This document shows, piece by piece, positions 46,533 to 56,870 of a stretch of 64,000 nt of DNA. Source of the DNA: Promethearchaeia archaeon (lineage in GTDB: Archaea; Asgardarchaeota; Lokiarchaeia; Sigyniarchaeales; SOKP01). A program made the position numbers and the translations under genes. Location: assembly GCA_046483985.1 (NCBI GenBank), contig JAWOCD010000110.1, positions 53,023-117,022 on the forward strand, in the 5' to 3' direction. The first letter of the stretch is position 1, and the number at the start of each line of letters is the position of its first letter. Below the pieces are notes generated by a model, which searched no databases, was not told where the DNA came from, and worked only from the letters and a program-made list of their open reading frames with translations.

Positions 46533-47177
46533 TTAACTTACTTTCCATTGATATTCCTTAGGACCGAAAAAGAGTAAGACAATTGCCGGGAATAGAATTG
46601 GGATCCCTCCCCACCATTGTCCGAAGATTTCAAAAAGTATCCCGAAGATTAACATCCATGGAATCCTAAAATCACCGAGCGTAAGTACATCATTATAGAG
46701 ATAGTCCCAGTCTTCATCGGCACACTTATCGGAAAAGCGTTTCTTAACATAGAAATACGAGAATATAATCGTAATGATTCCGCCGATAACATACCATATA
46801 TATTGTGCCGTCAGATAATTTATATCTGCTTGAGCAGAAGTAAGTGCATACTCACCATATTCAGAAGCTGCTGCTTCACCTTGTAATACTCCAAGCCAAG
46901 ATAATCCCCAAATTCCACCAATAATATAAATTATCCCGTTAATAAGACAAATAACCCACGCCCATTTTCCGACCAGGATAACGTAGTCCTTTAACATATC
47001 CCACATAGAATGGGCTTTTTCCTCCTTTTTCTTTTTAGGTTTCTTTTTAGGTTTGCTTTCTTTCTTCTTTTTTTCTTCCTCTAATTTTCTTAACGCTGCT
47101 TGATGAAACTCGCTATTAATATGACTCTTACTCTTCGGATTCTTCAGATCTTTTCCACAGATCTCACATTTTGGCAT
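46533..47177 (-). CDS. Membrane protein with N-terminal C2H2 (matrin-like) zinc finger
   Basis: CEIC-x11-H-x5-H, Lys-rich linker, about four TMs; ATG 47177 preferred. Confidence 0.7.
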   Translation of the reverse strand: MPKCEICGKDLKNPKSKSHINSEFHQAALRKLEEEKKKKESKPKKKPKKKKEEKAHSMWDMLKDYVILVGKWAWVICLINGIIYIIGGIWGLSWLGVLQGEAAASEYGEYALTSAQADINYLTAQYIWYVIGGIITIIFSYFYVKKRFSDKCADEDWDYLYNDVLTLGDFRIPWMLIFGILFEIFGQWWGGIPILFPAIVLLFFGPKEYQWKVS

Positions 47178-47371
47178 TATTATTTTTTTCCTTCCATCTA
47201 ATTTTTTAAAATATATATAGTAATAATCTTTCCTAAATTTAATCTTTTCCAAAAATCTAGAGAAATGATGATCTGCCGGGTATTTGCCCTTTCCCTTCTC
47301 CAGATTAGAAATAATATATAAGGCTTTAAAACTAATCTTTAATTTCTATATTTAAATAAGAATTTGTTATA

Positions 47372-48583
47372 TTGAACAAAATTATGATATATTTTTCATT
47401 CCTATTCCATATCTATCAACCCCCGACTCAGATTGCTCCGGTAATAAAACAGGTTGTAAAAGAATCTTACCAACCAATATTAGAAGCATTAAGAAACCAT
47501 CCGAAGGCAAAAATCACCCTAAATATTAACGGGACATTAACGGAACAATTGCATGATTTCGGATATGATGACATCATCCATAAAATCGCAACGTTGGCAT
47601 CCCGTGGACAAATAGAGTTTACTGGATCAGCCAAGTTCCATCCTTTACTCCCACTTATTCCTAAACCCGAGGTGAAACGCCAGATTGAATTGAATAATGA
47701 GACTAATAAACAATTTTTTGGAGAAGTGTATCAACCGCGAGGGTTTTTCCCTCCTGAAATGGCTATTTCGGAAGAAGTCCTTACCTGCGTGAAAGAAGAG
47801 GGGTTTGATTGGATTATCATGAGTGGGATAGCTAATACTTTATCCGATTTTCCTACAACCTTCATATCCCAAAACGAAGATGGACTCAAGTTGGTATTTC
47901 GGGATGATTATATCAGTATTGATTGCGCCTTTGATAAAATCAATAACGTGGAGGCATTTAAAAATCGCCTTTATTATCGCAATACCTCCGAGGATTATTA
48001 TGTCATCTTGGCTATGGACGGCGAAACATTTGGCCATCATGTAAAACATGCCATTACCGATTTCCTTATACCTCTTTTTGAGTCCTTGCCTCATCGAGAT
48101 GATATTAAACTCTGTAGCATCTCCGAAATTGTGGATAAATTTCCCGTGGGAGAGAAACAAACACCCCGGGACTCAAGTTGGTCTACCATGCCATGTGATA
48201 TTGCACATGATGTACCTTTCCCACTTTGGTTCGATCCCGATAATGAGATTCACAGAGAACAACACCGTTTTTTTATGTACGCGTTAACATTAGTTCATCT
48301 CTCATATAAATTCCGAGAGCAAATGGACGAGGAAAAAAAGCGTATTTTTGATAATGCCCGTAATTTATTGGATAGAGGGATCCACAGTTGTCAACAATGG
48401 TGGGCATCGAAAAGACCCTGGTATGAACCCGATATGATTATGAGAGGTTTAAATGAGGTCTTAATGGCCAGCGTGGATGCGAAGCGGAGCGTCCCAAAGG
48501 ATAATCATGATATTAAGGACGCGATGAAACTTATCATGACGGATATGTTGAAAGCCCAAAATAAGATAATCCTCTCTCTCTAA
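47372..48583 (+). CDS. Glycoside hydrolase family 57 protein
   Basis: HIYQP, ESY.P, NINGTL.EQL, HPLLPL, GFFPPEMA, AMDGETFGHH, SSWS; start may be ATG 47384. Confidence 0.92.
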   Translation: MNKIMIYFSFLFHIYQPPTQIAPVIKQVVKESYQPILEALRNHPKAKITLNINGTLTEQLHDFGYDDIIHKIATLASRGQIEFTGSAKFHPLLPLIPKPEVKRQIELNNETNKQFFGEVYQPRGFFPPEMAISEEVLTCVKEEGFDWIIMSGIANTLSDFPTTFISQNEDGLKLVFRDDYISIDCAFDKINNVEAFKNRLYYRNTSEDYYVILAMDGETFGHHVKHAITDFLIPLFESLPHRDDIKLCSISEIVDKFPVGEKQTPRDSSWSTMPCDIAHDVPFPLWFDPDNEIHREQHRFFMYALTLVHLSYKFREQMDEEKKRIFDNARNLLDRGIHSCQQWWASKRPWYEPDMIMRGLNEVLMASVDAKRSVPKDNHDIKDAMKLIMTDMLKAQNKIILSL

Positions 48584-48663
48584 GTATTCGTTTTCTGATT
48601 GGAAATTATATTTTTGAAAAAAAGAAGAAAAGAAATAGAAGGATTTGTTATTCTGTTAGTGAA

Positions 48664-48828
48664 TTATTTTGGTTTGTCAAAAACATGTCCGCATTGACCG
48701 CATTTTACTTGCTTTTTATAGACAGGAGAACCTTGCATAGAATAATAAAGGACATTGTTTTTATCCGGTTGTTCGTGTAATTTACGCCTATTTGTATTTC
48801 CACATTTGGGACATTTAATTCTGGCCAT
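48664..48828 (-). CDS. Small zinc-ribbon protein (54 aa, not in ORF track)
   Basis: MARIKCPKCGNTNRRKLHEQPDKNNVLYYSMQGSPVYKKQVKCGQCGHVFDKPK*. Confidence 0.75.
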   Translation of the reverse strand: MARIKCPKCGNTNRRKLHEQPDKNNVLYYSMQGSPVYKKQVKCGQCGHVFDKPK

Positions 48829-48948
48829 TTAATTCAAATCCCGATTCTTAATTACCTTATATGTATAAAAAATTAGATTCATTTAAATTTAGTTTTTTCA
48901 AAAGGAATGGAGATCAACTATAAAGAAAAAATTAAAGTTTTTTTCGTT

Positions 48949-49140
48949 CTACAATAATTTTTCCAAGGATTTAAAAGCCTCTTCAGCGCTCTTATAGGGA
49001 TCATTTTTCCAAACCACCCCATTAAATAGTTCCAGAGCCCCAATTCTTATAGCCAGTATGTCTGAGCTTTGCAAAAACATTTTTTAAATTGAAAAAAACC
49101 CTTACCACCCAAAACTCGGTCATAATCTCTCAGTAAATTG
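48949..49140 (-). pseudogene. Frameshifted C-terminal fragment of a sugar-phosphate isomerase/epimerase (xylose-isomerase-like TIM barrel)
   Basis: Three frames join as LRDYDRVLGGKGFF / FAKLRHTGYK / ALELFNGVVWKNDPYKSAEEAFKSLEKLL*. Confidence 0.55.
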
Positions 49141-49208
49141 AAATGCTTCTTAATTTTATGGCTTTTACTTTGATTAAAACGTCATTGTTTACGGAGTTTG
49201 AATATTTA

Positions 49209-49742
49209 CTAAGTGGTTGGGATGTCTGTTTTTTGGAGAATACTGGATACGATCTCATCAATTGATTTCCCAGTGGTATCACAAGTAATTTCTGCGGCAG
49301 CCTCGTAAAATGGTTTTCTAAAGTTTAAGAGCTCCCTAATCCTAGTTTTTGGATTCTTTTTGTCTATCACTGGTCTTTTTTCGGTTCCATCTTTAAACGC
49401 CCGTGCATATATTTCTTTTATAGACGCGGTTAACAAAACAATATGACAATTTTTTTTAAGATAATCTATATTAATTTTATTCAATACCACTCCCCCACCG
49501 CAAGAGATTATCACTTTCTGCAATTTAGACGCCCTTTTACACGCATTAATTTCATACTCTCGAAATTTAATCTCTCCATCTTCTTCGAATATTTCTGGGA
49601 TTGATTTCCCTGCCTCTTCAATGATAATTTGATCCGTTTCAATAAAGCGATATGCATCTCCTAATTCACCTGCTAATCTTTTTCCAACTGTTGTTTTTCC
49701 TGTGGCCATGAAACCAATTAATGCGATAGAATCTTTAACCAT
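49209..49742 (-). CDS. aroK: Shikimate kinase (bacterial NMP-kinase type)
   Basis: IALIGFMATGKTTVG, IF..DGE..FR.YE, SCGGG, RP. Confidence 0.93.
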   Translation of the reverse strand: MVKDSIALIGFMATGKTTVGKRLAGELGDAYRFIETDQIIIEEAGKSIPEIFEEDGEIKFREYEINACKRASKLQKVIISCGGGVVLNKINIDYLKKNCHIVLLTASIKEIYARAFKDGTEKRPVIDKKNPKTRIRELLNFRKPFYEAAAEITCDTTGKSIDEIVSSILQKTDIPTT

Positions 49743-49990
49743 TCTAATTACTCTTTTTTTATTTTATTTCATTTCTATGTTGATTCTTAAGCTCAATAAT
49801 TTTCTCTCCAATAATAATATAAAGAAGGAAGGAATTAATATAATCCTTTGATTTTTTCCGCTAAGGGGTATTCAAAAATGGCAATTATATTATAGCAATA
49901 GGATCGCCCGTAATATTGTTTTAGCACTATGGCAATAGAGAATTGTTGAATACAATTCTTTTAATATCAGACTTCTTATTATTATATAAT

Positions 49991-50857
49991 ATGAATGGAA
50001 GGTTTTCAATAAAAGGGACAACACAGATTCTCTGTTTAATAGGACATCCTGTTGCACATTCTTTTTCGCCTATAATGCATAATCCTGCTTTACAAGAACT
50101 TGAATTAGATTACGTGTATACTGCTTTTGACGTCCCTCCTCGCAATTTAGAAAAAGCAGTTGAGGGATTAAAAGCCTTAAATATCAAGGGATGTAATGTC
50201 ACTATCCCTCATAAAGAAGCAATAATCCCCTTTCTCGATGAGATTGATCCGCTGGCCGCTAAAATCGGGGCTATTAATACCATAAAGAATGATAATGGGA
50301 CATTGATAGCTAAAAATACGGATTCTATCGGAGGAAAGAAAGCATTAAAAGAGGCTGGGTGTACAATTTCCAAGCAGAAAATAGCAGTTATCGGAGCTGG
50401 AGGAGCCTCCCGTGCACTAAACTTCACTCTTGCCGAAGAAGCACGAGAAATCGTGATCTTTAATAGAACCGTCAGCCGTGGCAAAAATTTAGCAAAAGAA
50501 TTACAAAACAAAATGGAAATCAAAGCAAGGGGACTTTCGCTGGAACAAAAAATTCTTAAAAAAGAGCTGGAAGGGGCCGATATCTTGATAAACACTACGC
50601 CGGTTGGAATGTACCCAAAAGTTGATAACTCTCCAATTTCAAAGGATCTCCTTCATGAAGATTTATTTGTGTTCGATATTGTATACAATCCCAGTAAAAC
50701 TAAATTGTTAAAAGATGCCAAGAGTGTAGGCTGTGACACATTAGGCGGACTTGATATGTTAGTTTATCAAGGGGCATTAGGGTTCAAATGGTGGACCGGG
50801 CACAAACCAAACACTACTCTTATGAAAAAAGCGCTGAAGAAGCATTTGGGAATCTAA
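49991..50857 (+). CDS. aroE: Shikimate dehydrogenase
   Basis: G.PV.HS.SP.MHN, NVTIPHKE, GAINT, NTD..G, GAGGA, NRT, DIVYNP, ML..QG. Confidence 0.96.
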   Translation: MNGRFSIKGTTQILCLIGHPVAHSFSPIMHNPALQELELDYVYTAFDVPPRNLEKAVEGLKALNIKGCNVTIPHKEAIIPFLDEIDPLAAKIGAINTIKNDNGTLIAKNTDSIGGKKALKEAGCTISKQKIAVIGAGGASRALNFTLAEEAREIVIFNRTVSRGKNLAKELQNKMEIKARGLSLEQKILKKELEGADILINTTPVGMYPKVDNSPISKDLLHEDLFVFDIVYNPSKTKLLKDAKSVGCDTLGGLDMLVYQGALGFKWWTGHKPNTTLMKKALKKHLGI

Positions 50858-51034
50858 TACTGTTTCAAAAGATTTTTTAAATTAGTCTTCTTAGTAGTTA
50901 ATTCTCGGTTATAATTTAAAGAAAGATCGGATTAATGTCCTCCTCTTTTCATCTCCAAATGCCACTTGCTTAGAAAAAAATTCTTTTAACATCATATTAA
51001 TTATATATTATAATTATTGTAAAAACTGAATTTA

Positions 51035-52258
51035 ATGAATAAACCTATTGTTTCCCTTTCAAAAAATGAAAACCTTGAGATTGCCGTCAGAGACTCCTTA
51101 GATCAGTTAAGCCTCCCAGATTTGAATAACAAAACAGTTCTGTTAAAACCAAATGTGGGAAGAGAAACGGACCCTCGCATAGCGGTTAACACGAACCCTG
51201 ATGTTGTTGCTGCGATCTTTCACTACCTCACTAAAAAATTCGATGCTGAATTTCTGATTGGCGACTCTCCAATAATTAATACCGATTCGAGAGGAGCATT
51301 TGAACAATCGGGCTATGGTCCTTTGTTAAAAAAGAAAGGACTAAGATACTTGGATCTAAATGAACCAGAACCCATCGAGTTACCCATTCAAAAAGGAACA
51401 ATCTTGAAAAAAATTAAAGTAACAGGATATTGGAATGAGATTGATGCAATTATCTCTATTCCCGTGTTAAAATTTCATATGCATTGCGGAGCCACTCTCA
51501 GCTTTAAAAATCTGAAAGGGTTAATATATAGGCGAGAGAAAATAAAATTACACCATTTCCATAAACCTAAGATTCTACGGCAGGTGGAAAAAGAATTTTT
51601 TCAAGACTATGAAAGCCAAGTCAAGGAATTAGATATCGCGATTTCAGACCTTGCCTATGTGTTTAAACCCGCTTTAGCGATTATTGATGCATCTTATGCG
51701 TTAGAAGGGATGGGTCCTTCAGCAGGAAATGCGGTAAAATTAGATACAATTATTGCCTCAAGGAATTATCTTGCCGCCGATATAACGGCCTTGGCAATCA
51801 ACCAACCCGATTGGACTTTGACAAACGTTCCCCATTTAAAAATTATTTCGGAATCATTGCCCAATCAGCCTAAAACTATAGATGAGATAGAAACGATTCC
51901 TGAAAATATATCTCCGTATCAACGCACCTTAAAACCTCCACCAACCTCTATAACCATTAAACATGAAAATGTACACCTTATTGCAGAAAATGCGTGTTCC
52001 GCGTGCCTTTCAACAATCTTTAACCTCGTTGAGAATAATAAGGATTTTATCAACAAACACTTTACAAAAGAAAAGCCGCTTAACTTCGCCATAGGCAAGG
52101 GAATTAAAGAATTTGATTTATATGAAGATACTTATCTTGTTGGAAATTGTACTTATGAACACAGAGATCGCGGAACTTTTATAAAGGGATGTACCCCGGT
52201 GGAATCAACCATTATGAGAGTCATTAAAGAAAATTTAGGTCTTAAAAATAAGGAATAA
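51035..52258 (+). CDS. DUF362 domain protein with C-terminal Cys cluster
   Basis: VLLKPN, T.P.VV, P.LK.H....TLS.KN..G, EG.GP..G; CSAC, GNC, KGC.P. Confidence 0.85.
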   Translation: MNKPIVSLSKNENLEIAVRDSLDQLSLPDLNNKTVLLKPNVGRETDPRIAVNTNPDVVAAIFHYLTKKFDAEFLIGDSPIINTDSRGAFEQSGYGPLLKKKGLRYLDLNEPEPIELPIQKGTILKKIKVTGYWNEIDAIISIPVLKFHMHCGATLSFKNLKGLIYRREKIKLHHFHKPKILRQVEKEFFQDYESQVKELDIAISDLAYVFKPALAIIDASYALEGMGPSAGNAVKLDTIIASRNYLAADITALAINQPDWTLTNVPHLKIISESLPNQPKTIDEIETIPENISPYQRTLKPPPTSITIKHENVHLIAENACSACLSTIFNLVENNKDFINKHFTKEKPLNFAIGKGIKEFDLYEDTYLVGNCTYEHRDRGTFIKGCTPVESTIMRVIKENLGLKNKE

Positions 52259-52267
52259 AAAAAGATT

Positions 52268-53125
52268 TTATTTTGAGCTCTCTGATGCTGCTTTTTGCTC
52301 TTTTTTGGGAAACCATGGGAAAAATTGGCTGGTTTTTCGTTTATATAGTGTAAAGGCGTCATCGCCCTTGTGCATTTTGTCTTGTAGTTTAATCCCTGAA
52401 ACATTAATTATTTGAAAAGTAATATATAGTGGGCTGAACAGCATAAAAAAACCAAATGGAACACCTAAAGTAATAATATATATGCCCCACCATTGAGTAA
52501 TTTCGCCGAAATAATTAGGATGCTGTGTATAACGCCACAATCCTTCATCCATTACCTTTTTGGTCCGATCGGGATCATTAAGGAAACTATATAATTGGTA
52601 ATCCCCTACCGTTTCAAAAAAGAATCCAAAAGCCCAGACTAAAGCACCGACCCAGAGTGTTATCCCGGAGAAGCTTAATAGATTTTGGATCCCAGGATTT
52701 TCGACCACATTTATCCATAATACAGGAAAGGCTACAAGAAAAATTACAAATCCTTGAAATAAGTAAATCTTACCTAAACTCATAAGAACAACATTTTTCC
52801 CTTCTTCTTTCCATCTTTCCCTCATATTGGTATATCTTTTATCCTCCGGCTTTCCTTTATTCCGTATATATACATAGGAAGCTAATCTTATTGACCATAT
52901 GAGAACAAAAATGGTCACCACAATTTTTCGTATTGATAAGGTCCCACCTATTAAATATGAATTGATTAAACTGGTAAGAGCAACCACAAAATACCCGGGT
53001 CCATAAAAGATATCCATAATTCCATTGTTCTTCTTAACTGTCCCCACGATAAATGCAATCATTTGATATCCTAAAAGAAACAGACCAGAAATTCCAATAA
53101 CCAGTAATATATTTTCCGTAGACAT
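52268..53125 (-). CDS. DUF1295 family membrane protein (steroid 5-alpha-reductase/ICMT-like)
   Basis: EDKRY..MR, E.VGD.QL..F, GLWRYTQHPNYFGE...WWG. Confidence 0.9.
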   Translation of the reverse strand: MSTENILLVIGISGLFLLGYQMIAFIVGTVKKNNGIMDIFYGPGYFVVALTSLINSYLIGGTLSIRKIVVTIFVLIWSIRLASYVYIRNKGKPEDKRYTNMRERWKEEGKNVVLMSLGKIYLFQGFVIFLVAFPVLWINVVENPGIQNLLSFSGITLWVGALVWAFGFFFETVGDYQLYSFLNDPDRTKKVMDEGLWRYTQHPNYFGEITQWWGIYIITLGVPFGFFMLFSPLYITFQIINVSGIKLQDKMHKGDDAFTLYKRKTSQFFPWFPKKEQKAASESSK

Positions 53126-53279
53126 TTTAATTTTACCTTTGGAAATCTTATTTTATTATTATAACCTATTGAGCTTTCCTATTTAAATCTATGATTTATA
53201 CCTTAATAAGGAAGGAAAATCTGAATCTACAAAATTGAGATGAAGCCAATGGGAAAAAAGGGGAAGCATAAAAATCACC

Positions 53280-54218
53280 TTAGCTTTTTTCTGGTTTTCC
53301 CACTCGGAGCCTTCTTTCTTCTTCTTCTTTAACCTTCTTTATATATTTATATTTTTCAAGAACTGAAAGATCTTTATCGTGTCGCTTGGTATACAAAATC
53401 TCATATTTTTTTCTCAAGTCGCCTATATCAGTTATCTTCTTTTTTAATTTTTGTCTTAGCCCGTCCTCAAAGAATTTATTCTCCTTAAACTTTTTAGCAG
53501 GAACGCCAAGATAAATCCAACCGTCTTCTAACTCTTGTCCTACGGTGGTAAGCGAATTGGCCGCTAAGATTGTATTCTCTCCGATATGAGTGCCTGGCAT
53601 GACGACAGAATGCGCTCCGATATGTACATTATCCTCAATTACTGTTTTTCTGATTATAAAAAGATTTCCCATTATGATAGATGATTGGACTAAACTTGCT
53701 TGTCCGACTACTACATTATCACCGAATTCTATAAACTCGCAATCGACCCACCCTTCAAAGAGCGAATTAGAAAATTTGGTTTTCACTCCGAACAATTTAA
53801 AACATAAGTTGTCCAAAAAAGGAAAGGGAAATTTATGAGCTAACCATATAGGCCATTTTTTAATCACATTCCGAATGCACCAATATCTGTAATCTTTATC
53901 CGATTCGTCCCGTAAAAAAACCCCTTCTTTCGGTTCATGAATCGCATTAACTATTACCAATAAAATCTTGGCGCCCACTAATGAGACGAGAATGAGGGAA
54001 AAATACATCATTATTCCAACAAGGGGTAAAAAATAGAAACTATAGACGGGATCTTGGATGTAAAATTGCCAAAATACCCAAAATTCAAACTGAATTGTAA
54101 AGGCACTCAGCCATATCAAGAAAATATAGAAGAACAAATATCGTTTTTTTATTAATACATTAGAAGTGTGAGGTCCGACCTTCAAAGAACTCGGCACTGA
54201 CATGTCTCTATTCTTCAC
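53280..54218 (-). CDS. 2-TM + left-handed beta-helix (LbH) acyltransferase-like subunit (third of three)
   Basis: Two TMs, PKEGVF, YRYW.IR, PFP, FG, hexapeptides, WIYLGVPA. Confidence 0.8.
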   Translation of the reverse strand: MKNRDMSVPSSLKVGPHTSNVLIKKRYLFFYIFLIWLSAFTIQFEFWVFWQFYIQDPVYSFYFLPLVGIMMYFSLILVSLVGAKILLVIVNAIHEPKEGVFLRDESDKDYRYWCIRNVIKKWPIWLAHKFPFPFLDNLCFKLFGVKTKFSNSLFEGWVDCEFIEFGDNVVVGQASLVQSSIIMGNLFIIRKTVIEDNVHIGAHSVVMPGTHIGENTILAANSLTTVGQELEDGWIYLGVPAKKFKENKFFEDGLRQKLKKKITDIGDLRKKYEILYTKRHDKDLSVLEKYKYIKKVKEEEERRLRVGKPEKS

Positions 54219-55149
54219 CTCCCGCTTTCACTAAATGCTTCTTTTCCTCATCAATATTGACTTCCTGGGTGGTAAACGATTTGGTTCGACTATCGACGTC
54301 CCTCTTTACGATCACATCTTTTCTCTCATGAATAAATCTATTCTTCTTTAGTTGAATCCCGGGAATACCGAAATAAATCCAACCATCCTCTAATATTTGT
54401 TTGAAATTCGTACTGGAAAGAGCGCCCAAAACCGTTTCACGACCAAAAATGGTGCCCGGGGCAATAGTGGAAACTCCTCCGACTACAGCGTAATCGTCAA
54501 TTAAAATCTCCTTTATTATCAAGTATTTTCCAATAACCATAGAGGACATCACCACAGCGCCTTGCCCAATTGTGACTTTTCTTCCTAATTTGATAAATTC
54601 TACGTCTACCCATGCCTCCGTTAAATGACTGGAAAAATCCATTTTGATTCCAAACCACCGAAAGGCCCAAGCGTCGGCCCATGGTAAAGGTGAATTATTT
54701 AAAAGCCATACTCCCAACTTTTTTAATTCTTTACGCAATCTCCAGAATTCAAAATCCTTTTTTCCTTCTTTCGCTAAGAATATGCCTTGTTTTGGTTGAT
54801 GTATGAGATTAACTATTACTAACACCAGTTTAGTTAAGATTACACATCCTAAAATGAATATATAATATTCTCCAAGAAGGACTACAGGTAAAAAAAACAT
54901 TAAGTTTATCAAATTCTGACAAAAATTGAGGCAATGAATCCAAAAGGATAAACATAAAAAACCAGAAGCCCAAAAAATGGGAATATAAAGTATCAGAAAT
55001 TTGATATGGATTTTGCTGACTGCGCTGCTTGTATTAAAATCTATTGTATAGGTTTCATCATCCTCTTCTGTATCTCTCTCAGATTCCTTTGCATGTTCCC
55101 TTCCTCTCTTTTTTTTATCGTCATCTGGTGCGTTCTTTTGATTTGACAT
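54208..55149 (-). CDS. 2-TM + LbH acyltransferase-like subunit (second of three)
   Basis: Two TMs, PKQGIF, FEFWRLR, PLPW, FG, hexapeptides, WIYFGIP. Confidence 0.8.
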   Translation of the reverse strand: MSNQKNAPDDDKKKRGREHAKESERDTEEDDETYTIDFNTSSAVSKIHIKFLILYIPIFWASGFLCLSFWIHCLNFCQNLINLMFFLPVVLLGEYYIFILGCVILTKLVLVIVNLIHQPKQGIFLAKEGKKDFEFWRLRKELKKLGVWLLNNSPLPWADAWAFRWFGIKMDFSSHLTEAWVDVEFIKLGRKVTIGQGAVVMSSMVIGKYLIIKEILIDDYAVVGGVSTIAPGTIFGRETVLGALSSTNFKQILEDGWIYFGIPGIQLKKNRFIHERKDVIVKRDVDSRTKSFTTQEVNIDEEKKHLVKAGGEE

Positions 55150-56090
55150 TATCCATTTTCTACTCCTTTATCAATTTTGGATGGACTTTTATGCTGTTCT
55201 TTTTTCTCACTCTTTAAAACGTCTGCTTTGTTTAGTTCTTCCTTTGTTACATCTAGATATTTTTTCGTTTTTCGATTAGTTGTTCTCCTTAGAGGTAGTC
55301 CAAAATAGTAATTATCTCCTCTGAGTTTACTATGTTTGGTGGCCGAGGCTAAAGGAAATAAATAGGAATTATCTTTGATCTCAGCGCCAGGAGCTACACA
55401 ATTGATTCCCCCCGTAGTTACATTATCTCCTAACTTTATTTTGAAATACGAGAGATTTCCAAATATTCCCTCCAAAGAATGGGAACTGAATCCTGAATTA
55501 ACCCCGATATAACAATCCTCTCCCATCTCTACGAATTTGTCCGCACCAAATTGTTCTTCTATGGTTGTACCTTTTCCTATTTTATTAGTTCCCACAAAAT
55601 TGTAAAACCAATTCAAGAGCCATGGAAAAGGACCTTTTATAAATGCATTTTTCGGATACTTAATCATGAATGACCGGATATGATAATAATTTAAGGTTTT
55701 ACTCTGAATATTCCTCGGAATTATACCCTCTTTAGAAGGTGAATTTTTCTCCGTAATTCCCCATAACCCTCTGGTAATTACTCCCACCATCAGGAGGTGG
55801 AGTACATAACACCCCATAATTACTAACGGTAAAAAGACAGAAGCTAGCAATGGTCTGGGTTTAATGAAAATAAGGATAAAAGCATTAGTAGATAATAAAT
55901 ACGGATAGTAGAAATATATAATATAGAGTGTGAGTAGAATGCCTGGGATTAAAAATGAACCTAAAAAAATTAAAAAGAAGGACAAGAAATACCAGTGAAA
56001 TTGGAGGTTTATCTCTTGCTTCGGCGGGTCATCGGAATTATTCATATGAGAATCTTTATTATTCGTATCTTCTCTTGAGGTTTGATTCAT
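55149..56090 (-). CDS. 2-TM + LbH acyltransferase-like subunit (first of three, retains His)
   Basis: Two TMs, SKEGII, YYHIR, PFPW, VG..KIG.GT.I, FSSHSLEG, YYFGLP. Confidence 0.8.
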   Translation of the reverse strand: MNQTSREDTNNKDSHMNNSDDPPKQEINLQFHWYFLSFFLIFLGSFLIPGILLTLYIIYFYYPYLLSTNAFILIFIKPRPLLASVFLPLVIMGCYVLHLLMVGVITRGLWGITEKNSPSKEGIIPRNIQSKTLNYYHIRSFMIKYPKNAFIKGPFPWLLNWFYNFVGTNKIGKGTTIEEQFGADKFVEMGEDCYIGVNSGFSSHSLEGIFGNLSYFKIKLGDNVTTGGINCVAPGAEIKDNSYLFPLASATKHSKLRGDNYYFGLPLRRTTNRKTKKYLDVTKEELNKADVLKSEKKEQHKSPSKIDKGVENG

Positions 56091-56274
56091 CTAAATCATC
56101 TTACAAATGGATTTAATATAACTTTATTACGATCTAATTAAAATCTTTTGCTTTGGGCCATACATAGATTTATATATTTTTTTAAGAATTAAAAATCTAA
56201 AAAGAAAAAAAACGTATTAAAAATTGAACGAAGAAAAATGTTAGGGCTGAAGAGGAAAAATTAGATCTTAAGAA

Positions 56275-56679
56275 TTATTCCAAATTACTGCCGCAATTTG
56301 CGCAGAATTTCTGGTCTCTATTATCCAATTTTGAACCACAAAATGGACAATGTTTTTGAGAGTTTCCAACGCTCTCAACTACTTCGGGCTGATAATTAAC
56401 AGTGTTCTGAGAAGTAGCAGATGAAGGGGGTAATTGGTCTTGGGCTGGTTCTTGGTAATCCAACTCTTGCTCTTGTTCTTGATAATCAAGGGGTTTACAA
56501 ATCGAATTACAGTGGACGCATCTAATCTCATCTTGCGCATAATAATAGATTAAATAGAAAATTATCCCGATCCCGGTGAATGATAAAACAATGCCTAAAC
56601 AGATATCGAAATCCTTTTTTTTCATCAGAACCTTCTGTTTACAATGAGGACAATAACCAACAGGGTTTGCGGTTGTCAT
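56275..56679 (-). CDS. LITAF-like zinc ribbon plus second zinc ribbon
   Basis: CPHC-hydrophobic segment-CVHC, then CPFCG...CANCG. Confidence 0.75.
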   Translation of the reverse strand: MTTANPVGYCPHCKQKVLMKKKDFDICLGIVLSFTGIGIIFYLIYYYAQDEIRCVHCNSICKPLDYQEQEQELDYQEPAQDQLPPSSATSQNTVNYQPEVVESVGNSQKHCPFCGSKLDNRDQKFCANCGSNLE

Positions 56680-56870
56680 TATTAAACTCTCTTCTTGCTA
56701 CTTTTTCATTCCTTATGATAGCTAATACAAATAACTCTATTAAATCTTTAGATCTTAATCTTATCTTGTTTCCTTTTATTATCTTTATTTATTTCCATCT
56801 ATATTGATATTCGCTTATCTCAACGGGGTAAGGGGGTCACCTATTTTTTATTTAAGGATGGTTAACCTTA

